Assembly (NCBI GenBank): GCA_963743305.1
Contig: CAVUPH010000007.1
Location: 128,001 to 192,000, forward strand
Length of the DNA stretch: 64,000 nucleotides
DNA from: an uncultured delta proteobacterium
GTDB taxonomy: Bacteria; Desulfobacterota; RBG-13-43-22
Direction of reading: 5' to 3'
Made by a program: the position numbers and the translations under genes. Shown piece by piece: positions 19,695 to 30,019 of the stretch. Each line of letters starts with the position of its first letter. Within the stretch, counting starts at the first letter, position 1. Under the pieces are notes generated by a model. That model was not told the DNA's origin. It ran no database searches and saw only the letters and a list, made by a program, of their open reading frames with translations.

Positions 19695-21515
19695 TCAAAA
19701 CGCTTCCTCCGGAATATCGAGGGCCGAAGTATCCTCCTGCTGCAGGGCCACCTGCCGGGAGAAGACGTTGGGCAGGATCTGACGGCAGAAGAAGCGGACG
19801 GTCTCGATCTTCCCCCGGTAGAAGATCCCCTGGGCCGATTGGGGATCCACATTTTTAAGCTTCTCCCGGGCCACCAGCCCCTGTTCAAGCAGCTCCCGGG
19901 CCATCACCGCCTCGGCCATGCATTCCAGGAAACGGGTGGCCGATAAGGGGATCAACCCCAGTCGGCCTTCCTGAAAGTACGCCAGGAAGCGGCCGGCATA
20001 ATCGCCCAGCACCCCGCCGGCCTTCAGGAGCAGGGTAAAATCCTTGGCCAAGTCGGGATCTTCCGTGTTGGCCTGGGCAAAACCGGTCAATTTTCCAAGC
20101 CAATCCTGGAACACGGCGCCTCCGGACATCATCAGCTTCCGACCCACCAGATCCAGGGCCTGGATATAGGTCGTACCTTCATAGATCGAGGCGCTTTTCA
20201 CGTCCCGAGCATACTGCTCAACGGGGAATTCCCGGCAGTAGCCCACGCCCCCCATGATCTGGATGGCCTCCCGGCAAAGCAGGTAGGCGAAATCGGAGCA
20301 ATAGGCCTTGACCAGCGGGGTGAGCAAATCCACCGTCTGACCGGCCTCCCGCCGGACAGCTTCCTCCGGGTCGAACCGGGAGACATCCGTCAGGTAATAG
20401 AGCTTCAGGATGAAGGCCCGCATGGCCTCCGTGCCGGCCTTGAGGGTCAGGAGCATACGACGGACGTCCTCGTGTTCGACGATCCGCACTCGGGGACCTG
20501 ATCGATTACTGAAAAGCGGTCCCTGGACCCGTTCTTTGGCGTAGCTCCGGGCGGCATCGTAGGCGGCTGAAGCCACCCCCAGGGCCAGGAGACCGGTCCC
20601 CAGGCGGGCTTCATTCATCATTTGAAACATCTTGGACATGCCGGTTTGAGGTTCGCCCAGAAGGATGCCCCGGCAGCGTCCGTTTTCCCCGAAGCTCAGA
20701 CCGCAGGTGGCGGAGCCGTGCAATCCCATCTTGTGTTCGATGTTGGTACAGAAGACATCGTTGGGTTCTCCCAACGATCCATCCGCATTGACCCAGATCT
20801 TGGGTACGATGAAGAGGCTGATGCCTTTGGTCCCCTGGGGGACGCCCTCGATCCGGGCCAGGACCAGGTGGATGATGTTTTCGGTCAGGTCCTGTTCCCC
20901 GCTGCTGATAAAACGTTTGGTTCCTTCGATTTTATAGATACGGCCCGTTTCGGAAGAAGGGTCCGGCGTGGCCTTGGTTTTGATGTGTCCCACATCACTG
21001 CCGGCATCCGCCTCGGTCAGGCACATGGTCCCGCCCCAGATGCCGTTATACATCTTTTCACAGAAAAGGGCCTTTTCCTCTTCTGTCCCGAAACTCTCGA
21101 TCAGGTGGCCGGCCCCAACCGCCAGTCCGGAATAAATTTTCATGGCCGAGTTGGCGCTGATGAAATACTCGGCCACCTGCCCGAAGATCGTCAAGGGAAG
21201 TCCCTGCCCGCCGAACCGGGGGGAAACGGACAGGCTGAACCAGCCGTTCTCGGACAGGACTTTCCAGCAGTCATGAAAGGAATCCGGGACCTTTACCCGG
21301 CCCTCCTCATAGGTCAATCCCTGTTGATCTCCGTCCTGCAGGGTAGGACCGATGACTTCCCGGGCTACCTTAAAACCTTCGGCCAGGGTCATTTTGAAGT
21401 CGTCCAGGGTAAAGTCTTTGAAGGCCTCGTATCCGAGCAGCCTCTCCAGATTCAACATCTCAAAAAGCACAAATCCCGGGTCACGGTCATCCCGCCGGAA
21501 AAAGTTTACACCCAT
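19695..21515 (-). CDS. acyl-CoA dehydrogenase
   Basis: GTMCLTEADAGSDVG, GTKRFIS, EHKMGLHGS, MNEARL, IYEGT. AAGGAG RBS before ATG 21515. Confidence 0.93.
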   Translation of the reverse strand: MGVNFFRRDDRDPGFVLFEMLNLERLLGYEAFKDFTLDDFKMTLAEGFKVAREVIGPTLQDGDQQGLTYEEGRVKVPDSFHDCWKVLSENGWFSLSVSPRFGGQGLPLTIFGQVAEYFISANSAMKIYSGLAVGAGHLIESFGTEEEKALFCEKMYNGIWGGTMCLTEADAGSDVGHIKTKATPDPSSETGRIYKIEGTKRFISSGEQDLTENIIHLVLARIEGVPQGTKGISLFIVPKIWVNADGSLGEPNDVFCTNIEHKMGLHGSATCGLSFGENGRCRGILLGEPQTGMSKMFQMMNEARLGTGLLALGVASAAYDAARSYAKERVQGPLFSNRSGPRVRIVEHEDVRRMLLTLKAGTEAMRAFILKLYYLTDVSRFDPEEAVRREAGQTVDLLTPLVKAYCSDFAYLLCREAIQIMGGVGYCREFPVEQYARDVKSASIYEGTTYIQALDLVGRKLMMSGGAVFQDWLGKLTGFAQANTEDPDLAKDFTLLLKAGGVLGDYAGRFLAYFQEGRLGLIPLSATRFLECMAEAVMARELLEQGLVAREKLKNVDPQSAQGIFYRGKIETVRFFCRQILPNVFSRQVALQQEDTSALDIPEEAF

Positions 21516-21600
21516 GGGGGTCTCCTTTCTTTTGCTGCTGATCGGTTGGGGAAAAGGCTCTCTCCCCAAGAACCGGATAAATCGGGTTCATCCGAGCCTG

Positions 21601-22783
21601 TTAGCTGAACAGGCCGGACTTTTCAAACTCGGCAATTTCCTCGTCCCCGTATCCTAGGTTTTTCAGGACCTCGATGGTATGGGTCCCGGCCGGAACGCCG
21701 ATATGGTTCGTATTCGGGAGCGGTTCCCGAGTATTTGATCGGGTGGGCCAATTGCTTGACTGAACCTCCTCCGGGAAGCGGCAACTCAACCACCATTTCC
21801 CTTTCCCGGGCCTGGGGATCGGAGAGGGCTTCGGCCAGGGTCAGGACCGGCTCCACGCAGGCGTCATAGTTCTTGAAAATCTCCCCCCACTCCCCGCGCG
21901 TCTTGGTTTTAATGATTTCCCGGATCTCACTTTTTATTTTGGGAAGGTCGGTGGTCACGACCGTTCCCGGTATCAGATCCGGACGGTCGATGGCCCGGCA
22001 AAAGGCGGCAAAAAATTGGGGTTCCAACCCGCCAAAGCTGAGGTGGCTGCCGTCGCTGGTTTCATAGAAATCGTATAAGGACCCGCCGTTCAATAGGTGT
22101 CCCTCCCGTTCCGGTTCTTGGCCGTCGGCCAGAAAAGCCGCCCCGACCATGGCGTTAAAGGCCATGACCCCGTCGGTCATGGCCACGTCGATGTACTGGC
22201 CTTCACCGGTCTGCTGCCGGTGAACCACAGCGGCCAAAATGCCGATCACGGAATTATTGGAACCGGAGGCGATGTCGGCGATCTGCATGCCCGTCAGGAC
22301 CGGACCGGTTTCTTTCCTGCCGGAATAGGCCATCAGCCCGGACCGGGCCAGGTAGTTGATGTCATGGCCGGCGCGGTCGGCCATGGGCCCGGTCTGCCCA
22401 TAGCCGGTCAGGGAACAGTAGATGAGGCGGGGTTGGCGCTCCTTTAAGGTTACATAATCCAGACCAAATTTGGCCATTACCCCGGGGCGGAACTGTTCGA
22501 TGAGGATGTCGTACTCATCGAGAAGCTGGTAAACAATTTTGACGGCCCGGAGATCTTTGAGGTTTAAAGTCAGAGACTTTTTCCCCCGGCCCAGATAAGC
22601 CAGAATGGCGGAGATGTTCTCTTTCCCGATAAAAGGCGGCAGCATGGTGGTCAGGTCGATGCGCGTTCCCGAGACTACCCTCAGCACCTCAGCGCCCATA
22701 TCGGCCAGCATCATCGTGGCGTAAGGGCCCGGCAACAGGGTGGTGAAATCCAGTACTTTTAAACCTTGTAAAGGTCCGGCCAT
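21601..22783 (-). CDS. CaiB/BaiF family III CoA-transferase, frameshifted near 21709
   Basis: LLPGPYATMMLADMGAEV, EQFRPGV, GHDINY, QIAD. The expected C-terminus (GTHTIEVLKNLGY...) is in another frame ending at 21601. Confidence 0.88.
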
Positions 22784-23014
22784 GAAATCGCTCCTTTAAG
22801 CCCGTTGTTTGGCCTTATTTATAATCTTTTTGGAAGCATAAAAAGCAACCTTCTTAATCCCCGGCCCCGTTCCTGTCCCCGGCGCAGGACCTGTGCAGGG
22901 CTGGCATGGGGGTTTAGTACGAAAATGGCTTCTTTGATCTGCAACATGGCCAATAATCAACAATCAATTAATAATTACCCATTGATTATTGATTATTCAT
23001 GTCTTTCGTTTTTT

Positions 23015-23112
23015 GTCATTCTGAAGGAGTCACGCCTAGGCGTGACGACTGAAGAATCCCCCGGGGAGGCCCTGAGCTGAAAGACGAGATCCTTCGCTTC
23101 TCTCAGGATGAC
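23015..23112. repeat. REP-like palindromic element
   Basis: GTCATTCTGA...GAAGAATCC...GAGATCCTTCGC...TCAGGATGAC terminal pairing, with internal palindrome GTCACGCCTAGGCGTGAC. Confidence 0.65.
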
Positions 23113-23252
23113 CAGTCTGGAGATCTTAAACCTGGATTTTCAGGCTTCGTGGGTGCTCGTTCCGTACCTGAGGGGATAATGTCCAAATAAAGATCCAGCC
23201 GGGCGGTAGATAGTATGACCATTATCCTAAAAAATAGGGTAAAATAATAGGC

Positions 23253-23336
23253 GGTTGTCCGCCCATTGGGGTGGGTGGCCGCAGCCTAGGGTTGATTATC
23301 CTGGAATTGGGCCTCCGTGGCCTTCGGGTCTCGGCG
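23253..23336. repeat. GGTTGTYCGC..GGGTGG repeat family, copy A (partial)
   Basis: Aligns without gaps over about 70 nt with the reverse complement of 57523-57633, and shares CGGGTCTCGGCG with the reverse complement of copy B. Confidence 0.65.
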
Positions 23337-23485
23337 AAAGGTTCTCTTCCTCCGGCGGGACTTTTTCGGCTCTAACCCGGGCCCCGTGTTTTCAAATCAT
23401 CTCGGAGGCAGGGCCGGCCAAACAGGCATTAAAAGTCTCTGAGTGCGGAGAGTCGTTTTTTGACGATTGACGAGGTTAGCTGAGG

Positions 23486-24232
23486 ATGAAAACCGTTTTT
23501 TCCATGTGGAAAAATACCCGCATGATTATCCTGACGGCGGTCTGCGCCGCCATATACGGCGCGGCCCTGATCGCCTTCAAAACGGCCATTCCCTTGATCC
23601 CGGGGATCACCGAGGTCCGGGTGGGAAATATTCTTCCCGTGCCCTTCGGCCTGCTTTTCGGTCCGGCCGGGGCCTGGGGTGCAGCCTTCGGGAATCTGAT
23701 CGGAGATCTGCTGGGAGGGACCCTGAGTCCGGGTTCGGCCGGGGGCTTCGTGGGCAACTTTCTTTTGGCCTATCTCCCCTATACTCTCTGGACCCAGTGG
23801 GTCCCTTTCCACCAGAAAACCCGGGAATGGAAACCCGGAGGAATTGGACCCTGGGTAACGTATTTTCTGGTATCGTTTATCTCCGCAGGGGCCTGCGCGA
23901 TAATCGTCGGGACCGTAGTGGATGCCTTGGGAATCGTTCCTTATCTTGTGCTGACCAAGATCATCACCATCAATAATACCGTGGCTGGCGGGATCGGGGT
24001 TGTTCTGCTGACAACGGTTTTCGGTTTCATTAAAGATGGCCTTCATCTTTTTTGGCCCGAGGTGTTGGACGAAGAGGAAATCGGCCGGCCGATCGCCGGC
24101 CCCTTGGGGGCCTGGGTGGTTTGTCTGGCCACCTTGTTTGGACTTTTCGGCGGCTACTTCAGCACGTTCGGTCCGGGCGCCATCGGCGGGCTGGCTTCAC
24201 TGGCTATTATCCTGGGATGTCTGCTCCTCTAA
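23486..24232 (+). CDS. ECF transporter S component (QueT-like)
   Basis: Polytopic membrane protein, AAIY, EVR..N, GLLFGPAGAWGAAFGNLIGD; upstream of ECF ATPase and T genes. Confidence 0.8.
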   Translation: MKTVFSMWKNTRMIILTAVCAAIYGAALIAFKTAIPLIPGITEVRVGNILPVPFGLLFGPAGAWGAAFGNLIGDLLGGTLSPGSAGGFVGNFLLAYLPYTLWTQWVPFHQKTREWKPGGIGPWVTYFLVSFISAGACAIIVGTVVDALGIVPYLVLTKIITINNTVAGGIGVVLLTTVFGFIKDGLHLFWPEVLDEEEIGRPIAGPLGAWVVCLATLFGLFGGYFSTFGPGAIGGLASLAIILGCLLL

Positions 24233-25917
24233 AGCGGAACCCCCCCGTGCCCCCGGCCATTACCCTTGAAGGCCTGTCCTTCACCTATCCAAAACAGGAT
24301 CAACCGGCCCTGCGAAAGATCAGCGGCTCCATGGACCAGGGGTGTTGGACCGTCCTGATGGGCAGGGAAGGGGCCGGCAAATCAACCCTCTGTTTTGCCT
24401 TAAATGGGTTGGTTCCTCATTTTTTTCGAGGAAGGTATCAGGGCCGGGTCATGGTCGGAGGCCGGGACCCGGCCCGGAGCAAAGTTTCGGAAATGGCCCG
24501 CCGAGTCGGTTTGGTTCTCCAGGATTTTGAGACCCAGCTTTTTTCGACCTCCGTGGAATTGGAAATGGTCTTTGGACTGGAAAACATAGGACTCCCTCAA
24601 GGGGAGATGGACGCCCGGATCCAAAAATATTTGAAGTGGGTCGGCTTGGAAAAGATGCGGCAGCGGGAACCGGCCAGCCTTTCCGGGGGGGAAAAACAAA
24701 GGCTGGCCATCGGCGCGGTCCTGGCCATGGAACCTGATTTTTTGGTTTTGGATGAACCAACTACCGATTTGGACCCTGCCGGCCGGCAGGACGTCTATGG
24801 AATTATTAATCATTGGCGAAATCTGGGCAAGACGCTGGTTTTGGTGGAACAGGACCCGGATGTGGTTTTGGAGGCCGATCGACTCTGGGTCATCCAAGAA
24901 GGGGAACTGAAGACCAGCGGGATTCCCGAGGACCTCTTCAGGAAAGGATCTTTTTCGGAGCAGGGGCTGCAACGTCCGGCTCTGATGGAGTTGTTCCGTC
25001 TGTTGGGTTGGTCGGAAGGGCCGCTGACCGTCGATGAGGCCGAGTCCCTGGTTCGGAAGAAAAGTCCTTTATCGACCGAAAAAAATTATGGGCCTAGGGA
25101 AGGTCGAATGAATACGGGTAAGGCCCTGATACAGGTTGATCGGGTCGAATACCGTTATCCCCGGGGGGGAGCCAAGGCCCTTAATCAAGTCACCCTGGAG
25201 ATCCGGGAAGGGGAATTCATCGCCCTTCTGGGGCCTAATGGCTCTGGAAAGTCTACTCTGGCCAGGCTGTTGAATGGTCTGCTGAAGCCCTCGGCCGGCC
25301 GAGTCCTGGTGAAAGGCCGGCCGACCACAAGTTTCAGTCCTCCGGATATGGCCAAAGAGGTGGGCTATGTTTTTCAAAATCCCGATCACCAGCTTTTTGC
25401 CCGAACCGTTGCGGAAGAGGTGGGCTTTGGCCCCCGGGTGCTGGGCCTGGAGAGCCAAGCCCTTCAGCAGCGGGTCCAAGAAGCACTTGAGGCCGTCGGT
25501 TTGGAAGGATATGACCAAAGAGAGCCTTTTGCCCTGACCAAAGGAGAACGACAGCGCCTGGCCGTGGCCTCCATGCTGGCAGCCCGCCCCTGGCTTTTGA
25601 TTTTGGACGAGCCCACCACCGGACTGGACAACGGGCATCAGCGGGGAATGCTGGAGATGTTAAATCGGCTTAACCATCAGGGCCACACCATCCTGATTGT
25701 TACCCATCATCTCTGGGTGGCCGCAGAATATTGCCGGCGTTGTGTGGTGCTGAGAGAGGGGCAGGTCTGGGTGGAAGGAGCCACGCGATCCGTTTTCCAG
25801 CAGGAGACGCTCCTGAAGGAAGCCTCCCTGGTTCTTCCTCCGATCATGCGGCTATCCAATCGGCTGAATTATCAGGGACTGACTGCTGCGGCCCTGGCCC
25901 GGGAAATAAGGCCGTGA
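24217..25917 (+). CDS. ECF transporter ATPase (two fused ABC domains)
   Basis: Walker A GREGAGKST and GPNGSGKST, LSGGEKQR, FQNPDHQLF, LDEPTT twice. Start is ATG 24217 or GTG 24247. Confidence 0.92.
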   Translation: MSAPLKRNPPVPPAITLEGLSFTYPKQDQPALRKISGSMDQGCWTVLMGREGAGKSTLCFALNGLVPHFFRGRYQGRVMVGGRDPARSKVSEMARRVGLVLQDFETQLFSTSVELEMVFGLENIGLPQGEMDARIQKYLKWVGLEKMRQREPASLSGGEKQRLAIGAVLAMEPDFLVLDEPTTDLDPAGRQDVYGIINHWRNLGKTLVLVEQDPDVVLEADRLWVIQEGELKTSGIPEDLFRKGSFSEQGLQRPALMELFRLLGWSEGPLTVDEAESLVRKKSPLSTEKNYGPREGRMNTGKALIQVDRVEYRYPRGGAKALNQVTLEIREGEFIALLGPNGSGKSTLARLLNGLLKPSAGRVLVKGRPTTSFSPPDMAKEVGYVFQNPDHQLFARTVAEEVGFGPRVLGLESQALQQRVQEALEAVGLEGYDQREPFALTKGERQRLAVASMLAARPWLLILDEPTTGLDNGHQRGMLEMLNRLNHQGHTILIVTHHLWVAAEYCRRCVVLREGQVWVEGATRSVFQQETLLKEASLVLPPIMRLSNRLNYQGLTAAALAREIRP

Positions 25918-26708
25918 ATTTTTTTCTTTACTCCGAGCGAGAGACCCTGATCCATCGCCTCGATCCCCGGACCAAACTGGCCTCCCTGGCGTCCCTCTTT
26001 GCCTTAGCCTTGCTCTTCAATCATCCCCTCTATTCGGCTGGAGTAAGCCTGGTGGTAGCGACGGGATTCGTCGCGGCAAAGACCTGGGAGGGGTTGTGGC
26101 GGTTCCGTTGGCTGCTAGGACTTTTGTTTATTTTCAGCAGTATCCTTTGGCCGTTAACTTTGAAGGATTTTCCGGTCTGGTGGTCGGCAGGGCCGTTTCA
26201 GATCAGCAGGGAGGCAGTGGGGTATGGCTTGGCCATGGGAATTCGCCTGGTCACCTTTGTCAGTAGCGGCATTCTTTTTCTCTCGGTTACGCGAAACGAA
26301 GAAATCACCCAGGGTCTGATAAGGATAAAAGTCCCCTATCCGGCAGCTTTTGCGCTTTCTACCGCCCTGCGTTTACTGCCTACCTTTGTGGGGGCCGGGG
26401 CCACTATCATCGAGGCGCAGCGCTCTCGAGGATTGGACCTGGATAAAGGAAATATTTTTCGGCGGGTCGGGTACTTTATCCCCCAGGCCGTTCCCCTCTT
26501 GATTTACGCCCTTCGCTACACTAATTTTCTGGCCATGGCCTTGGAGTCCCGGGGGTTCGATCCCGGTTATCCGCGGACCTGGTATCGGGAATTGAAATTG
26601 GGACCCCACGATTACGGGGTGTTGGCTGGGGGGTTAATCCTTATGGGGTTGGCGGTTTTTATCCGGCTCGGACTGGCTATGGGGGCTGTCATCCCCCAGC
26701 GTCTCTAA
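25914..26708 (+). CDS. ecfT: ECF transporter T component
   Basis: HRLDPRTK, AQRSRG and ALESRG motifs; GTGA overlap with the ATPase stop. Confidence 0.9.
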   Translation: MNFFLYSERETLIHRLDPRTKLASLASLFALALLFNHPLYSAGVSLVVATGFVAAKTWEGLWRFRWLLGLLFIFSSILWPLTLKDFPVWWSAGPFQISREAVGYGLAMGIRLVTFVSSGILFLSVTRNEEITQGLIRIKVPYPAAFALSTALRLLPTFVGAGATIIEAQRSRGLDLDKGNIFRRVGYFIPQAVPLLIYALRYTNFLAMALESRGFDPGYPRTWYRELKLGPHDYGVLAGGLILMGLAVFIRLGLAMGAVIPQRL

Positions 26709-27089
26709 GGCCCCCTCGAATAGAGGCTGAAAAACCTCACAGTTCCGGCAAATCATTATTTTGTCCTTCCAGCTTTTTTGGGCGGATCCGCGGCAGAAAG
26801 TTCCGCTGATGAACCAGCAAAGGTGTCCACAGCGAAACTCCCAGGCGGGGCAGCGAAGTTTTTGATTCGGGGGGCAATTTCTGATCAGCCAGCAGACTAC
26901 GGGCCGGTGCTGGATATTTCTACTCCGGGAAAAAAGAAAAAAAACCTGCCGTTCAACGCCGCTCGGTATTTTTCGCCAGCCCTGTTCGTAGCTGTGTACC
27001 GCTTTGACGGAGAGGCCGAGTAGTCGGGCCATATCCCTCTGCGACTTCCCGATTTTTTTTCGAAACCCTGAGAACTCCCTGGAGGTCAT
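26634..27089 (-). CDS. XRE-type HTH regulator with C-terminal two-CW Cys-rich domain
   Basis: SQRDMARLLGLSVKAVHSYEQGWRKIP; CW...C...CPAW...CW...C...CRNC. Confidence 0.85.
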   Translation of the reverse strand: MTSREFSGFRKKIGKSQRDMARLLGLSVKAVHSYEQGWRKIPSGVERQVFFLFSRSRNIQHRPVVCWLIRNCPPNQKLRCPAWEFRCGHLCWFISGTFCRGSAQKSWKDKIMICRNCEVFQPLFEGALETLGDDSPHSQSEPDKNRQPHKD

Positions 27090-27273
27090 AATTTTTGACG
27101 TTTCATCCTTTTGGGGAGGTACCTCCGCCTATTTGATAGGGCTGCAAGGTCTCGGAGGCCTGATTTTAGGTCAACCTGCCGATTTTGTGGACACCCGTCC
27201 AAGAGGTCGAACAAACAATGATTCTTAAAGGAATAAAAAGACGAAAAAAATCTTGTTTTCTGTGCTACCCTGT

Positions 27274-27303
27274 AGTATATGCCACTAAGTGGTAGCTTGA
27301 CAA
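27274..27303 (-). promoter_or_regulatory. sigma70-like promoter with palindrome in the spacer
   Basis: Minus strand TTGTCA-N18-TATACT; spacer contains TACCACT-T-AGTGGCA. Confidence 0.5.
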
Positions 27304-27332
27304 CAAAATAGTATCAGGGACGGGTAAAAGGT

Positions 27333-28670
27333 TTAACTTTTATTCGGAAGGCGGGTCTGAAGGATGGTATTCGAAAAAGGGCGCGCCAAAAAGGCGATCG
27401 ACCCCAATCGCCCCACGACCAAGGCCAAAGCGGCGGCAACCACACCGATCAGCGTCCAATAATGGATACCCAGGGTCAGGACGATGACCATGAGCAGAAT
27501 GTCCAATCCGGTAGCCCAGGTAAGAATTGCGGTGCGGCGGGCGTTAACCAGCACGGATCGTTGGAAAGTCAGCGCCATCCAGAGAGCCGGGAGGGGAGCC
27601 AGAATTTGAAGGGGTATTCGAACAAAGGAGGCCAATTCCGGGGATAACCCGGATACCCGTTGAAACCATAACAAGGAAAGAGGGGAAAAACCAAAAAGCG
27701 CAAAAAGTCCGACCGTCAGGAACAGCAGTCCCAAGGCGAAGCGGAGCAGTTTTCGATAATTTTCCAGGTGGTCTCCCAGAAGGGCGATGGTAACTTCCTG
27801 GAAGGACAAACCGAAACTCATGAAAATAAGCAGTAGGGCTTGAAGCACCGGCCAGACGGCTAAGGATTCGATGGCCATCCGTCCTTGAGCCAGGAAATAG
27901 GAGATAACCGGGTTAATTCCCAGGGCCAGCATGGAGGTCAAGGCCAGGGGGAAATAAAAGGCGCTGATGGCCCGGTAGGTCAAGACTCGAGGAGACGAGA
28001 AGGAATCCTGATATCCTGAACGCAGGCAGCGGATGATTCTTCTGGCCATCAATCGGCTGGCCAGGGATTCAATCACCACCCCGGTAGTCAGGGCCCAAGC
28101 GCCCACACAGGCACCCGGCCAGGGGGAGAAAAGGAAGAGCAGTATCCCGGTTAGCGCCATGGCGGTCAGCCTGATTGCAGTCCCGGCGGCCACCAGCCAG
28201 GTGCTTCCGTGCTGGATGAGGATCCCGTGGTAAAAACGGCGATAACCGATGGCCCAGGGGACGGCAATCAGAATGAGGGAAGCCTGATGGGTCAGTTGGG
28301 CAACCCGGTCTGGAAGGCCGATGAGTTTCAGGGTGACGAAATAAAAAAGGGGCGGCCAAAGGCCCAGACCCATTACCCCGGTTACCACGGTGATCAAGCC
28401 CAGGGAAAAGTGGCGCATTTTGATATAGTCCTGCCAATTCCGGACCAGGGAGTTGGAGGCGCTGACCAACATGAGCACCGGGGCCTCAATGAACAGCGTT
28501 ATCGCGAAGGCGACTCCAAAGGCCGCCAAATTGAACTTGGCTTCGGCTAAACGGGCGATGACGGCACTTAAGAAGGATCCCTCAAAGGCCATCATCAACC
28601 AGGTTACTTCCAGGGGTAACCAAAACAGGAAGATATTCTTATAGCGCTGGAGTTCCTGACGGTTTTTCAT
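27333..28670 (-). CDS. MATE/MOP-superfamily membrane protein (ANKH-like)
   Basis: About 12 hydrophobic segments; internal repeat FWLPLEVT / FYFPLALT. Confidence 0.7.
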   Translation of the reverse strand: MKNRQELQRYKNIFLFWLPLEVTWLMMAFEGSFLSAVIARLAEAKFNLAAFGVAFAITLFIEAPVLMLVSASNSLVRNWQDYIKMRHFSLGLITVVTGVMGLGLWPPLFYFVTLKLIGLPDRVAQLTHQASLILIAVPWAIGYRRFYHGILIQHGSTWLVAAGTAIRLTAMALTGILLFLFSPWPGACVGAWALTTGVVIESLASRLMARRIIRCLRSGYQDSFSSPRVLTYRAISAFYFPLALTSMLALGINPVISYFLAQGRMAIESLAVWPVLQALLLIFMSFGLSFQEVTIALLGDHLENYRKLLRFALGLLFLTVGLFALFGFSPLSLLWFQRVSGLSPELASFVRIPLQILAPLPALWMALTFQRSVLVNARRTAILTWATGLDILLMVIVLTLGIHYWTLIGVVAAALALVVGRLGSIAFLARPFSNTILQTRLPNKS

Positions 28671-28857
28671 CTTGGGAGGATGGTTAGCATTTCAGGCCGG
28701 GGGAATCAAGTAAATTGAAACGGCGGGGGAGGGCAGAAGGAAATAAAGCCTGGTACTAAAAAATACAGCTAAGTTTCTCAATAAATACAGCATTTACCCC
28801 ATTTTCTTTCAAGAAAAAGAGGTTATACTTTTCTAAAATTCGATTAAGAACCTTAAA

Positions 28858-29208
28858 GTGGAGAATGTTATGTTTTGTAAAAGACTGCAGGCGACCATGA
28901 CGGTCAATGCCTGTCAAAAAAGGCAGAAGAAGGCCCTTACCTATTTGGAGTTGGAGGCCTGTCGGGAATGTCCCCAGAAGGGCTTGGTGAACGCGGGCTT
29001 GGAATCGGACCAGGATATTCTTAATATGATAAAGGAAATAGGTCTCCAATCTCCCCTGGGATTACAACTGCCCGGAGGAATCCAGCCCATGATGCCTGTC
29101 GCTGAGGATAGAAATGCAATGAACCCGGCCAAGATGGAGAAAACCGAGCAAAAAGGCTTTTATCGGCGAAGGATGAGAATGTCGCATTCCCTGGACCATT
29201 CCGTATAA
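28858..29208 (+). CDS. hypothetical Cys-containing protein
   Basis: 116-aa ORF with C-x11-C and CRECP; followed by a hairpin at about 29229-29270. Confidence 0.55.
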   Translation: MENVMFCKRLQATMTVNACQKRQKKALTYLELEACRECPQKGLVNAGLESDQDILNMIKEIGLQSPLGLQLPGGIQPMMPVAEDRNAMNPAKMEKTEQKGFYRRRMRMSHSLDHSV

Positions 29209-29328
29209 CGCGTTCTTCCCTCCCCAACGGGCGGGTGATCGGGATTCGTAAAGATTCCCATCATCCGCCCCCTCCTAAGGCTAATCAAAAATATTTGATT
29301 TATTGCTTCAAAAAGGCCCAGAACCTAA

Positions 29329-29853
29329 TTAGTTACCGTTTTCCAACCCTAAAGTAAAACGCCAGCGGCAGTAGCAATCAGCGGGATGAGGATCCGGTGG
29401 GGCGAACAGACATTCCACCCCGATGGCCGGGTCGACGGCCTGGGCGAAACTCTGAAACTCTCCCAGGTGCATGAATTTGCAGACGAATTCGTTTAAACCC
29501 CGGCGTAAGCGAGCCTCCTGGGTAGGGCATTTGGGGACCGTAATGAATACCTCATTTTCGTTTTCTTCAATTTGATAACCTACTAAGGGGGTCCAGGGAA
29601 AGAAGCGCAAGGCCCGGACAAATCCTTTTAACCCTTTTTCTTCGATATGGAAACGCCGGATCAAATCCTTGGCCGCCATTGAAGGGACGCGGGACCAGAC
29701 CCGTTCATTTATTCGTTCGGCGGTGGGCTGATCAAATGCTTCGGCCACATAGAGGAACCAGAAGGCATCCACCACCCGGTAATGCCAGAGCAGAAATTCC
29801 AGATAACTGCGCAATTGCGGCGCCTCTAAGGTCTCGAAGATGCTTAAATCCAT
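29329..29853 (-). CDS. DUF6125-like protein
   Basis: VDAFWF, CPTQEAR, C...[20 protein letters not shown]. Confidence 0.75.
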   Translation of the reverse strand: MDLSIFETLEAPQLRSYLEFLLWHYRVVDAFWFLYVAEAFDQPTAERINERVWSRVPSMAAKDLIRRFHIEEKGLKGFVRALRFFPWTPLVGYQIEENENEVFITVPKCPTQEARLRRGLNEFVCKFMHLGEFQSFAQAVDPAIGVECLFAPPDPHPADCYCRWRFTLGLENGN

Positions 29854-30019
29854 ATTTTTCCCTCCGGGTCAGGGTGTAATCCTTGTTCTGTTGACGGACT
29901 TCTTCCGAATCCGTCAATCTTAACGCAACGCACTAAAATTTCAAACTGTTTAATAGGATTAAAGGTTAGAGTCAAAAAAACCGATTGAAAAGGTATTCTT
30001 AAATCTTCTTGGGGGACTT

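Noticed and set aside
23253-23485. Possible ykkC/guanidine-I or preQ1 riboswitch (CTAGGGTT..., CGGCGGGAC) before the ECF operon
   Set aside because: Core consensus is incomplete, and the segment is better explained as a copy of the dispersed repeat family.
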